From: Burkholderiaceae bacterium
Lineage (GTDB): Bacteria > Pseudomonadota > Gammaproteobacteria > Burkholderiales > Burkholderiaceae_E
Length of the DNA stretch: 64,000 nt
Assembly (NCBI GenBank): GCA_041396585.1
Contig: JAWKYG010000007.1
Span: 39,318-103,317, forward strand
Reading direction: 5' to 3'
Shown: positions 53,514-64,000 of the stretch, in pieces
Numbering within the stretch: the first letter of the stretch is position 1
Layout: every line of letters begins with the position of its first letter
Program-made: the position numbers and the translations under genes
The notes under the pieces: model-generated
What the model was told of the DNA's origin: nothing
Databases searched by the model: none
What the model saw: the letters and a program-made list of their open reading frames with translations, nothing else

Positions 53514-55037
53514 ATGACAAGTGCGCCCCGAATCGCGATCCTCGGATTCTCGCTGGAAGCGAACCGCAATGCGCCCGTGTCCGACCGCGCGATCTTCGAG
53601 CAGACCTTGCTGCTCGCGGGCGACGCGCTGGCCCGGGCCCTGGCCGAGGACAGGCAGATGCTGCCGGGCACCGTGCAGGGGTTCTGTGCGGGCATGGACC
53701 GGCAGGGGCAATGGCAGGCGGTGCCGATCCTGCTCGCCGAAGCGCCTCCCGGCGGCCCGGCCGATCAGGCCTTCTATGACGACATGCTTGCGCAGATGCG
53801 CAGCGGGCTCGAAGCGGCAGGCACTCTGGATGGCGTGTACATCAGTGAGCACGGCGCCGGCCTGGCCACCGAACTGGACGACGCCGATGGCGCTGTGTTC
53901 CAGATGGTGCGCGATGTCGTCGGCCCGGATGTACCGGTCATTGCCACGCTGGATCTGCATGGTCATGTCACCGAGCGCATGGTCACGGCCGCCGATGTCC
54001 TGATCTCCTACCTGACCAATCCGCATGTCGATCAGCGCGATCGTGGTCAGGAGGCGGCCGCGGTGATGCACGAGATGCTGGCCGGCATGGGACCCCATGC
54101 TGCGCTGGTCCGTGTACCGATGATCAGCCCGGCCGTGAGCCTGCTGACCGCCAACGGCCCCTATGCGGATCTCATCCGTCTCGGTCAGGCGAGTCTCACG
54201 CCGGAAATCGTCAATGTCTCGATCCTGGCCGGCTTCGCGCCGGCGGATGCCTCGACCAACGGCCTGTCGGTGGTGGTGACGGCGCGATCCGATGCGCGAA
54301 CCGCGCAAGACCTGGCGAACGATCTCGCGGCGCGGGCCTGGGCGGAACGCCACCGCTATCGGGCAAACCTCACCGCGCTGGGCGCGGCAGTGGATCTGGC
54401 CGCGGAGGTGGCCGCCGATCCGGCCCGTGGGGCGATCCTGCTGGCCGATGTCGCCGACAACCCGGGCGGCGGTGGCCGGGGCAACACCATCTATCTGCTC
54501 AGGGCGCTCCATCAGCGGCGCGTCGAAGGTGTCGTGCTCGGCATGATGTTCGACCCGGCCTTGGCGGCACAGGCGCATCAACACGGGCTCGGCGCCGAGT
54601 TTCTTGCGCGTTTCAACAGCGAGGAATCCACCCGCTTCTCCGAGCCCTACGAGATGCGGATGCGGGTCGATCGCCTGATCGATGGCCCTTGCGTGGGCCG
54701 GCGTGGCATCTATGCCGATCGCCGGGTCAACCTGGGGCCATCTGCGTTGCTCAGCGCCGACGGCATGCGGATCGCGGTGGTCAGCCGCCGTCATCAGTGC
54801 GCGGAACCGGTGTTTCTCGAACGCCTTGGCATCGACCTGTCCGGCGTGCGCATTCTGGTGATCAAATCACGCGGGCATTTTCGGGCGGGCTTCGATGAGT
54901 TCTTCACGCCCGCGCAGATCATCGAGGTGGATGCGCCGGGCCTGACCACGCCGGTCATCGAACGCCTGGCGCTGCAACGGGTGCCGCGCCCGGTCTATCC
55001 GCTGGACCCGGACATGGCCTGGTCGCCCGCCGGATAG
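53514..55037 (+). CDS. M81-family metallopeptidase (MlrC-like)
   Basis: Internal ATG of ORF 52689..55037 begins MTSAPRIAILGFSLEANRNAP...GVYISEHGAG...IATLDLHGHVTERM...LTNPHVDQRDRG...LLADVADNPGGGGRGNT. Confidence 0.8.
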   Translation: MTSAPRIAILGFSLEANRNAPVSDRAIFEQTLLLAGDALARALAEDRQMLPGTVQGFCAGMDRQGQWQAVPILLAEAPPGGPADQAFYDDMLAQMRSGLEAAGTLDGVYISEHGAGLATELDDADGAVFQMVRDVVGPDVPVIATLDLHGHVTERMVTAADVLISYLTNPHVDQRDRGQEAAAVMHEMLAGMGPHAALVRVPMISPAVSLLTANGPYADLIRLGQASLTPEIVNVSILAGFAPADASTNGLSVVVTARSDARTAQDLANDLAARAWAERHRYRANLTALGAAVDLAAEVAADPARGAILLADVADNPGGGGRGNTIYLLRALHQRRVEGVVLGMMFDPALAAQAHQHGLGAEFLARFNSEESTRFSEPYEMRMRVDRLIDGPCVGRRGIYADRRVNLGPSALLSADGMRIAVVSRRHQCAEPVFLERLGIDLSGVRILVIKSRGHFRAGFDEFFTPAQIIEVDAPGLTTPVIERLALQRVPRPVYPLDPDMAWSPAG

Positions 55038-56430
55038 CGGCGCAGCACACGAAGATCCAAGGCCAGCGCCCACGGCTGTGATGCGGGGCGGTCACGCAGG
55101 AAGCGAAAGGTCTGGTCGCCGACGACACCGCTGTCTTGCGTGTCGAAGCGCAATGGCGCCGGCTCGCTGCCCGACGGTGCGTGCAGCATCAGCCCTTCTT
55201 CGGCCGGCGCGATGATCAATTCGCCAGATTCGTCGGAACCATAGCGCCCGGCGAATCTCCGGTCGGGTACAGGGTTCGCAGCGCCCGCCGAACCAGGCGG
55301 TGCAGCCCGACGGCCAGGCGGCCAGGTGATGTCGCTGCGATCCAGCAGATCGCCCAGCAAGGCATGACCGATCGATGCCACCGGTGCCCCGGCCACATGA
55401 CAGAGCACACTGACGGACAGCCCCTGCTCGGCCAGGTGGGCCATGAAGCTGGACACTCCGGCGCGTTGCCCCGAATGCCAGAGGATCGTGGTTTCTGGTC
55501 CACACGATGCCATTCGAGCCCGAACCCATAGGCGCAATGCTCTCCGGGCCGCGACGCGACGCGCATCTGTGGCGCCACCATCTGACGGCGGCTGTCCTCG
55601 CTCAGCAATGCCTGCCCCGCGCCGAGTGAGCGGATCAGGCGAACCACATCGCGCGCCGAGGCGACCATCCCGCCCGCCGCATAGAACAACGGCGCCTGCC
55701 AGAAGCGGCCTCTCCGGAAGCCTTGCGCCACGCGCAGCAGGGGCAGGGCCAGCTCATCATCGCCGGGCATCCCTTCGGGGCCGATGAAGCTTCGTGTCAT
55801 CTGCAGCGGCTCGAGCACCCACTCTCGTGCCGCATGCGCGAAGGCCTGGCCGCTCATTTGCTCGATGATTCCCCCGAGCAAACAGAAGCCCTCGTTGCAG
55901 TAGCTGAGCAATTCGCCCGGCCGCGCCAGTGGCGTGAACGCCAGCCGGTTGATCTCCGCGGCGAGGTCGTCAGCGGTGAGCAGTTCCGGCGCTGGTGCAG
56001 CGTCGGATGCCACGGGCGCGAGACCGGTCTGCGCGCTGCCGCCCGAGCGATTTTCGGGGGCGTCGATGTCGCGCGCGCGAAAGCGGCAGGGCAGGCCGGG
56101 CAGCCCGGCGCTGTGGGTGAGCAGATGATGCAGCGAGACCGAGCCGTCGGCGGCGAACGCCAGCGACGGATAGAACGCGGACAGCGGCGCATCGAGCGAT
56201 AACCGGCCTCTCTCGTACAGGCGCATGATCGCCGCGGCAGTGAGGAATTTGGTCAGCGATGCCACGCCGAAAGGCGTATCCGCGTCGAGTTCACGCGATC
56301 GGTCGGGATCGAGATGACCGAAGCCGGCCGCGAATAGTTCCTCTCCATCATGATCGGCCGCGACGGCAAGGCCCGGCAGCCGGTGCCGGGCAAGCGCGTC
56401 GTGGATGCGATCGAGGACTTTCGGGTTCAT
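54995..56430 (-). pseudogene. class-C beta-lactamase-like serine hydrolase (D-aminopeptidase/esterase family), one frameshift near 55500-55540
   Basis: ORF 55216..56430 reads GLAVAADHDGEELFAAGFG...FGVASLTKFLTAAAIMRL (SxxK) and YCNEGFCLLG (YxN). It continues in ORF 54995..55537 (TTILWHSGQRAGVSSFMAHLAEQGLSVSVLCH). Confidence 0.75.
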
Positions 56431-56505
56431 ACGTGTTGCATGAGGCGCCCAGTGCGGCTGGCGGCGCAGCCCCCGGGCCCCGCCTGTACCGTGATCACCG
56501 CGGCG

Positions 56506-58119
56506 TCAGGAAAACGGCCCGCGCAGCACCCGTCCCTTGTTGGTCTGGGTGCGCTCGCCGCGAAGAATCGTCTGCTCGCCGTTCACGAACACATGCTCGA
56601 AGCCCTTGGCGAAGGTGCGCGGTGATTTCACGCTCCAGGTGCTGCTGACCGTGTCCGGCCCGAACACCACGATATCGGCCTTATAGCCCTCCCGGATCAG
56701 GCCGCGGTCACGCAGGCCGATCCGCTGCGCGGGCAGGCCGGTCATGCGGCGCACGCCCTCGGCCAGGGACAGTGTTTTGTCCTCACGCACATACTTGCTC
56801 AGGAACTCCGAGGTCCAGCCATAGCCGCTCAGTGATCCGACATCATTGGCAAGCCTGCCCCAGGGCGCCAGCGCCTTGGTGTCGGAGATGACCGCGCAAT
56901 CGCAATGACCGAGGCAGAGCTTCAGATCGGCATCGCGAAACGCCTGCGATGTCCAGAACAGGCGATGCATGCCCGGCGCTTCTTCCAGCAGCAGATCGAA
57001 CACCGCGTCATAGGGATCGATCCCGCGCATCCGGCCGATGTCTTCGAAGGTCTCGCCGATCAGATGGGTGTTTTCGGCCGAGCTGAGCAGGCGAACCTTG
57101 GACCAGACCCGGTCGCGCACCAGCAGCCACATGGGATTCTGATTCGCCTTGATCCGCTCGCGGCAGGCGGTGTCCTGCAGGCGCTCGATGATCTTCTGCT
57201 CGCCGCCCTCGAGGGCCCACTTGGGCAGGATCGCCATCACCAGCGTGTGATTCCAGTCGTGCGGAATGATGTCGAAGGCCACGTTCAGGCCGTGACGCCG
57301 GTCGAGGTCGATCATCTCCAGCGTGTGTTCCATCGCGAAATCCGGCGCACCGTACTTGGGCTGGATGTGCGATATCTGCAGCCGGCACCCGGCTGCCCGG
57401 GCGGTGGCGATCGCCTCGCGAAATCCCAGGTCGTAGTAGCGGTCGCGGTTACGCACATGGGTGGCATAGAGCCGGTCGTATTCGGCAGCAACGCGGCACA
57501 GGGGCTCGATGGTCTCCGGCGTGGACTGGTTGCCCGGCCAGTACTCGAGCCCGGTGGAAAAGCCGGCCGCGCCTTCCTCGAACGACTGGCGCACCAGATC
57601 CGCCATCTGCTCGACCTCGTCGGGATCGGGCATGCGCAGATCATCGCCCATCACCGCGTGATGAATGGTGCCGTGGCCGACGAAAGCGGCCACGTTCACC
57701 CCCAGTTCATTCTTCTCGAGCGTGTCCAGATACTCGCCGAAGCTCTCCCAGCCATGATCTGCGGCCGCCGACAGGCGGGACTGCCCGCGTTTGCCGGTGG
57801 GCGCGTCACGGTGGCGCAGCGGGGCGACGCTGTGGCCGCACTGACCGATGACCTCGGTGGTCACACCCTGATGCACCTGGCTCTCGGCCTTGCCATCGAC
57901 CACCAGCGTGAAATCGGAATGCGTGTGCAGGTCGATGAAGCCCGGGGCGACCGCCATCCCCGAGACATCGATCCGTCGGGCGCAGACTGCCTGATCGAGG
58001 CGCCCGATCGTGACGATCTTGTCGCCGCGAATGCCGATATCAGCAACGCGCGGCTCGCCACCCGAACCATCATAGATGGTGCCGTTCTCGAGAATGGCAT
58101 CCAGGGCCTGTTCGCTCAT
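56506..58119 (-). CDS. N-acyl-D-amino-acid deacylase (D-aminoacylase) family amidohydrolase
   Basis: Internal Met of ORF 56506..58518 begins [39 protein letters not shown]...[13 protein letters not shown] (HxH metal site). The ATG overlaps the upstream stop. Confidence 0.85.
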   Translation of the reverse strand: MSEQALDAILENGTIYDGSGGEPRVADIGIRGDKIVTIGRLDQAVCARRIDVSGMAVAPGFIDLHTHSDFTLVVDGKAESQVHQGVTTEVIGQCGHSVAPLRHRDAPTGKRGQSRLSAAADHGWESFGEYLDTLEKNELGVNVAAFVGHGTIHHAVMGDDLRMPDPDEVEQMADLVRQSFEEGAAGFSTGLEYWPGNQSTPETIEPLCRVAAEYDRLYATHVRNRDRYYDLGFREAIATARAAGCRLQISHIQPKYGAPDFAMEHTLEMIDLDRRHGLNVAFDIIPHDWNHTLVMAILPKWALEGGEQKIIERLQDTACRERIKANQNPMWLLVRDRVWSKVRLLSSAENTHLIGETFEDIGRMRGIDPYDAVFDLLLEEAPGMHRLFWTSQAFRDADLKLCLGHCDCAVISDTKALAPWGRLANDVGSLSGYGWTSEFLSKYVREDKTLSLAEGVRRMTGLPAQRIGLRDRGLIREGYKADIVVFGPDTVSSTWSVKSPRTFAKGFEHVFVNGEQTILRGERTQTNKGRVLRGPFS

Positions 58120-59116
58120 GGGGACTGCTCCAAGACGGGTTCGCTGGTCTCGAAATGGCAGGCCTCCCAGTGGCCGGGGGATTTCTCGATCAGCTCGGGT
58201 TCCTCGCGACGGCATCGTTCCTGTGCATGCCGGCAGCGGGTGTGAAAGCGGCAGCCCGCAGGGCGGTCGATCGGGCTGGGAATATCGCCTTGCAGGCGGA
58301 TGCGCTCGATCGCGCCGCCCGGGGTGTCGCTGAGCACGGCCGACAGCAGCGCGCGCGTATACGGATGGCGCGGATTCGAGAACAGGCTGATGCGGTCGGT
58401 CTGTTCGACGATCCTGCCCAGGTACATCACCGCGATCTCGTCGCAGATGTGCTGGATCACGGCCAGATCGTGCGAAATGAACAGATAGGTCAGGCCCAGC
58501 CTGGCCTGCAGATCGCACAGCAGGTTCAGAACCTGGGCCTGAATCGCGACATCCAGTGCCGATACCGGCTCGTCACAGACGATGAACTCCGGATTCAACG
58601 CCAGGGCGCGGGCGATGCAGATCCGCTGGCGTTGACCCCCGGAGAACTGATGCGGATACAGATCGCGCTGATTCTGCCGCAGGCCCACCATCGCGAAGAG
58701 CTCGGCCACCCGTTCGCGCCGTTCTGCCGCCGTGCCGATCCGATGGATCTCGAGCGGATCGGCCACGATCTCGCCGGCCGTCTGGCGCGGATTCAGCGAT
58801 GAATACGGGTCCTGGAAAACGATCTGCAAACGGCGGCGCAGGGCCAGCATCTGCGGGTCTGTGACCGCCCGAAGATCGGTGCCATCGAACTCGATGCTGC
58901 CCTCGCTGGAGCCGACCAGGCGCAGCAGCGCCAGCCCTGTGGTGGATTTTCCACAACCGCTTTCGCCAACCAGGCCGAGGGTCTTGCCGCGCTCGATCGA
59001 GAAGCTCACGCCGTCGACCGCGCGCAGCACCGGCCGGGGCGCGAACATGTTCGGCCGCTTGAGCCGGAACTGAACCTTGAGGTTCTCGACGCGCAGCAGG
59101 GGGGAGGCGGTTGATG

Positions 59117-59120
<4 letters not shown>
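58116..59120 (-). CDS. dppF: peptide ABC transporter ATP-binding protein (DppF/OppF-like)
   Basis: Internal Met of ORF 58116..59252. It has Walker [12 protein letters not shown], the signature [15 protein letters not shown], and Walker [13 protein letters not shown]. Confidence 0.9.
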
Positions 59121-60139
<1,019 letters not shown>

Positions 60140-60143
60140 CGCA

Positions 60144-61058
60144 TCAACGCCCGCGCAGCTTCGGGTTGAACGCATCATTGAGGCCGTCGCCGATCATCGC
60201 GATGCAAAGCACGACCAGCAAGATGGCCAGACCGGGGAAGGTCACGGTCCACCAGGCATCGAAAAAGAAATCCCGCGACAGGCCGATCATCTTGCCCCAG
60301 GTCATGACATCGGGATCGGTGAGACCCAGATAGCTGAGTGCGGCCTCGTAGATGATCGTGATGCCCACGCGCAGGGTGATCGCGATCACCAGCGGCGGCA
60401 TCGCATTGGGCAACACCACCTGGCGGATGATCCGCCAGTTGCCCGCACCGGCCGCCCGCGCGGCGGTCACATATTCGCGCTCCTTGATCTTCAGGAACTC
60501 GGCCCGGGTCAGGCGGGCCTCGGTGGTCCAGGTGGTGACTGCGATCGCCAGGACCACGACGGTCATGTCAGACGAGAACACCGCCACGATCACCATCGAA
60601 AACACCAGCGGCGGCAGCACCTGAAAGAACTCTGTGGTGCGCATCAGCAGGTTGTCGATCATGCCACCGAAGTATCCGGCGATCGCACCGATCGTGATCC
60701 CGATCAGCACGGTGACCAGCGTGGCCATGGCCGCGATCAGCAGGGTGGGCCGGGTGCCATAGATGATTCCCGTGAAGACATCACGGCCCAGGTAGTCGGA
60801 GCCCAGGATTGTGTGCTCGCCAGGCCCGGTCAGCGGTGGCGCCACCGGTTCGAAAGGATCCGCCGGCCACAGCATCGGGCCGAACAGGCCCACGAGAATG
60901 AACACCGTGACCACGATCAGGCCAAGCAGCGCAGTGCGGTTGCGGCAGAACAGCCGCCAGGTTTCGCGCCACTTCTTCTCGGGCGCAAGCGGGGCTTCCT
61001 CGAACCGGAACACCGGCGTCTCTGGCTCGGCCTGCGGGGTGGCGATGTCAGGATTCAT
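60144..61058 (-). CDS. dppC: peptide ABC transporter permease (DppC-like)
   Basis: 304-aa ORF with six TM segments and the EAA-like loop EREYVTAARAAGAGNWRII. Confidence 0.9.
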   Translation of the reverse strand: MNPDIATPQAEPETPVFRFEEAPLAPEKKWRETWRLFCRNRTALLGLIVVTVFILVGLFGPMLWPADPFEPVAPPLTGPGEHTILGSDYLGRDVFTGIIYGTRPTLLIAAMATLVTVLIGITIGAIAGYFGGMIDNLLMRTTEFFQVLPPLVFSMVIVAVFSSDMTVVVLAIAVTTWTTEARLTRAEFLKIKEREYVTAARAAGAGNWRIIRQVVLPNAMPPLVIAITLRVGITIIYEAALSYLGLTDPDVMTWGKMIGLSRDFFFDAWWTVTFPGLAILLVVLCIAMIGDGLNDAFNPKLRGR

Positions 61059-61067
61059 TGTGCGGCA

Positions 61068-62039
61068 TCAGGTGATCGACTGGATGCGCGGATCCATGCG
61101 GCTGTAGATCAGATCCGTGATGATGTTGGCGACGATCGTGGTGACCGCCGCGCCAAACAGCACACCGAGGATCACCGGATAGTCGCGGCGCACGATGGAT
61201 TCATAAAGCAAGGGCCCCACGCCGGGCAGGCTGAACACGGTTTCCACCAGCACCGCGCCCGAGAACACCTGCCCGAGCTGCAGGCCGGCAAGCGTCACCA
61301 CCGGCAGGGCCGCGTTCTTCAGCGCATGCTTGAAGATCACCACGAACTCCGACATGCCCTTGGTTCGGGCGGTGCGGATGTAGTCGGCCCCCAGGACATC
61401 GAGCATCGAGGCGCGGGCGATCCGGCTGTAATTGGCCAGGTACAACACAGCCAGCGTGAACACCGGCAGCACCAGATGGTTGATGATGTCGAGCACTCGA
61501 TCGATCGCGGTATCCGGCTCGGGCAGCGAGCGGATGCCATAGGCGGGAAACCACGGCAGATAGAGCGCGAACACCAGCAGCACGATCATGCCCAGCCAGA
61601 ACACGGGCGTGGCATAGCCGAGCAGCGAGAACATCGTGACGAAATGGCTGAACAGGCCCTGCGGCTTGATCGCCGCATAGACGCCGAACAGTGTGCCGAT
61701 GAAGACCGCGAGAATCAGCGCCGTCATGGCCAGCATCAGCGTGGTTGGCAGCGCATTGAGAATCAGGTGGGCCACGGTGTCGTCGTAGTAGAACGAGTGG
61801 CCCAGGTCGCCGCTGAGCACGCGGCCCAGATACTTGAAGAGCTGCACATAGATCGGTTGATCCAGGCCGTAGCTCTCGCGCAGCTCGGCGGCCAGTTTCG
61901 GATCGCCGCCCCCGGCCTCGGCCAGCATCGCGTCGACCACATCGCCTGGGGCCGCCTGCAGCAACATGAAGTTCAGCACGATGACCGCGACCACCAACAC
62001 CAGGCCAAGCAGAATCCGCTGAACAATTGCCAGCTTCAT
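61068..62039 (-). CDS. dppB: peptide ABC transporter permease (DppB-like)
   Basis: Internal Met of ORF 61068..62129 begins MKLAIVQRILLGLVLVVAVIVLNFMLLQAAPGD...DYIRTARTKGMSEFVVIFKHALKNA. Confidence 0.9.
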   Translation of the reverse strand: MKLAIVQRILLGLVLVVAVIVLNFMLLQAAPGDVVDAMLAEAGGGDPKLAAELRESYGLDQPIYVQLFKYLGRVLSGDLGHSFYYDDTVAHLILNALPTTLMLAMTALILAVFIGTLFGVYAAIKPQGLFSHFVTMFSLLGYATPVFWLGMIVLLVFALYLPWFPAYGIRSLPEPDTAIDRVLDIINHLVLPVFTLAVLYLANYSRIARASMLDVLGADYIRTARTKGMSEFVVIFKHALKNAALPVVTLAGLQLGQVFSGAVLVETVFSLPGVGPLLYESIVRRDYPVILGVLFGAAVTTIVANIITDLIYSRMDPRIQSIT

Positions 62040-62172
62040 AGGGCAGATCTCACCGCAGGTTGGCGCCACCGATGCGCGCAGGCATCGGCCGGCCAGGCAA
62101 CAGACCCGGCGACGCCGTGATCCCCCCAACTATGCGCTGGCCGGATCACGGCGTTCCGGGCCGGACGGGCCC

Positions 62173-63761
62173 TTACTTCTGGGCCTTCTTCCAGTACATC
62201 ACATCCCAGTTCTCGGCCGTGCCGAATGCCGGGAAGAAGAGATCCTTGTGATGGATGAACAGGCTGGGCGTATCGAACAGCCAGAGCATGGGCATCTCCT
62301 CGAGCAGGATGTCCTGAACTTTGGCATACATGACACGACGCTTTTCCACGTCGGCCTCGAGCGCGGCGGTCTCGAACAGTTTGTCGACCTCGGGATTGCA
62401 GTAGCCCGATGTGTTCGTGTAGGCCTGGTTCTTGATGTTGTCGCAGACATAGAGGCGGCTCACGCCGATCGCCGGATCGGTCTTGTCGCCGGGCCAGTTG
62501 ATCGACATGTCGAACTCCCAGGCCGCGCTGCGCTTGGCCCAGCCGGCAAAGCCCTGCTGGGGTTCGAGATTGACCTTGATCCCCACCTTCTTCAGCGCTG
62601 TGGCGATGTACTCCGCGGGCAGGCTTTGGAAATCAGGCATGAACGGCTGCGCGATGTAGATCAGATTGACCTCGAAGCGCGTGCCGTCATCCTTGCGCGG
62701 ATAACCGGCCTCGTCGAGCAGCTTGTTGGCCTTGTCCAGATCCAGCGGATAGCCGGTGAGCTTGTCGTTGAAGAACACGTTGGTGGCGGGCAGCGGCGAG
62801 CGCGAGGGTTTCGTGTAGCCACCATGCAGCACATTGGACAGATGGTTGCGATCGATTGCATAGGCGATCGCCTGACGCACCGCCAGCTTCTTGAACTGAT
62901 CGCGGCGGTTGTTCAGCTCCAGCACGATCGCGCCGCCCGAGATGCCCCGGTACTCGGTGAGCGTCAGATGCTCGATCTTGGAGAACTCCTTGATATCGCT
63001 GAAGCGCATGACCGAGTCGGTGCGGGCCAGCTGGAACTGGTTGCGACGCAGGCCGATCCGCTTGGCGGTCTTGTCCTGCACATTCTGATAGATGATTCGA
63101 TCCAGGTAGGGCAGGCCGTCGACGAAGTGATTCTTGTTGCGCTCGATGCTCACGTATTCGTCGGTCTTGCGATCGCTGATCACGAAGGGGCCGGAGCCCA
63201 CGGGTTCTTTGTGCGCCTCCTGCTCCATGAAGTTCTCCGCCTGCCCATAGACATGCTTGGGCATGATCGGCAGCCGCTGCGGCGTGGTGGCTGCCAGCAG
63301 CAGCGGGCCGTGCGGCTGGGACAGCTTCACGATCAGCGTCTTGGGATCCGGAAACTCGTAGCCGGTGATCGGCCCGAACATTTGCGGCCCGAAGCGATGG
63401 TGCTTCTTGATGATGTCGAACGAGAATGCGACGTCCTCGGCGGTCACCGGCTTGCCGTCATGGAAGGTGGCGTTCTTGGCGATATGGAAGGGTGTAAGTC
63501 TTGCCGTCGCCAGAGATTTCCCAGGATTCGGCCACATAGGGCGCGATCTCGTTCTTCTCGTTCATGCGGGTCAGGCTGGCGAAGATCTGCGAGGTGACCA
63601 GGCCGACCTCGTAGGCCGAGTGCAGCGGGTTCAGGCTGGGGATCTTGCTGGACAGGTAGACCACCGTGCCGCCCCGAACGGGCTCTTCGGCGCTAACCTG
63701 GGGTGAGATGCTACTGCGCGACGCTGAACGCGGCCGCGATGGCGCCTTTCCAAACTCTCAT
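62173..63761 (-). pseudogene. dppA: family-5 peptide/nickel ABC substrate-binding protein (DppA-like), two frameshifts near the 5' end
   Basis: ORF 62173..63537 carries most of the protein (FHIAKNATFHDGKPVTAEDVAFSFD...). ORF 63458..63664 carries VVYLSSKIPSLNPLHSAYEVGLVTSQIFASLTRMNEKNEIAPYVAESWEISGDGKTYT. The signal peptide MRVWKGAIAAAFSVA starts at 63761 in a third frame. Confidence 0.8.
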
Positions 63762-64000
63762 CGTGTGTCTCCCGGGGTTGGTCTGCAAAGCCAGGCGGCC
63801 TGCTTCATTCATGGTACACAGGATGCCCTCCGGGAGGAACCCTGCGATAGGCCCGTCAATGAAGGGGCGGCCTTCGGTCCCTGCCTGGCGAAGCGCAGGG
63901 TTCCGAATTCTCGTCATTCGGCGATGCAAGCGTCGCCCGGCCCGGTTCGAAGCATGCCAGTGCGCGCCTGACTTCGTGCCATTGCGCGCGCTGGCAAAAT

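Noticed and set aside
63860-63925. Small palindrome ccgaat-N7-attcgg upstream of dppA, as a possible operator
   Set aside because: It is a single 6-bp inverted repeat close to the window edge, and it cannot be tied to any regulator from this sequence.

Overview
High-GC (roughly 65%) proteobacterial chromosomal window. Gene content looks gammaproteobacterial, Xanthomonadales/Nevskiales-like, but that taxonomic call is inference only.

Gene order, left to right:
- LPS core and nucleotide-sugar genes: rfbB (partial), algC, waaC, waaA.
- tolC, a rhodanese and a pcm-like methyltransferase.
- A small membrane protein with an RCK-type K+ channel.
- Thiamine genes thiD and thiS-thiG, with uppP and trmB.
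- tRNA-Gly(CCC), followed immediately by a decayed trypsin-like protease gene.
- cspA, a PQQ sugar dehydrogenase, a NIT-domain chemoreceptor and a pdxA-family gene.
- An RND pump with its adaptor.
- An acyl-CoA dehydrogenase, an NmrA-like reductase, a DksA/TraR-like protein and an HPF-cold-shock-domain fusion.
- A visibly lower-GC patch (about 29.2-33.0 kb) with a broken sulfatase-family gene and a degraded IS110-family element.
- A roughly 17 kb exopolysaccharide locus of the PEP-CTERM/exosortase-A type: four GT4 glycosyltransferases, AsnB-type amidotransferase, O-antigen-ligase-like protein, MurJ/MOP flippase, Wzc-like co-polymerase, and an ACP / acyl-CoA ligase / PLP-decarboxylase cassette.
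- A dppABCDF-type peptide transporter with D-aminoacylase, a class-C-like serine hydrolase, an M81 (MlrC-like) peptidase and RidA.

No rRNA, CRISPR array or prophage was seen.

Two global points. Many genes carry 1-nt indels, partly in homopolymers and partly clustered in hot zones, so pseudogene calls may reflect consensus quality rather than biology. Many long ORFs in the track are antisense artefacts of high GC.

The most interesting signal is a 252-nt, two-armed, internal-loop-bearing structured element. It lies in the non-coding left end upstream of the IS110-family recombinase gene, which is the architecture expected for a bridge/guide RNA. Secondary candidates are an 11-bp VNTR with helically phased GATC sites upstream of the chemoreceptor gene, and the uncharacterised ACP-ligase-decarboxylase cassette.
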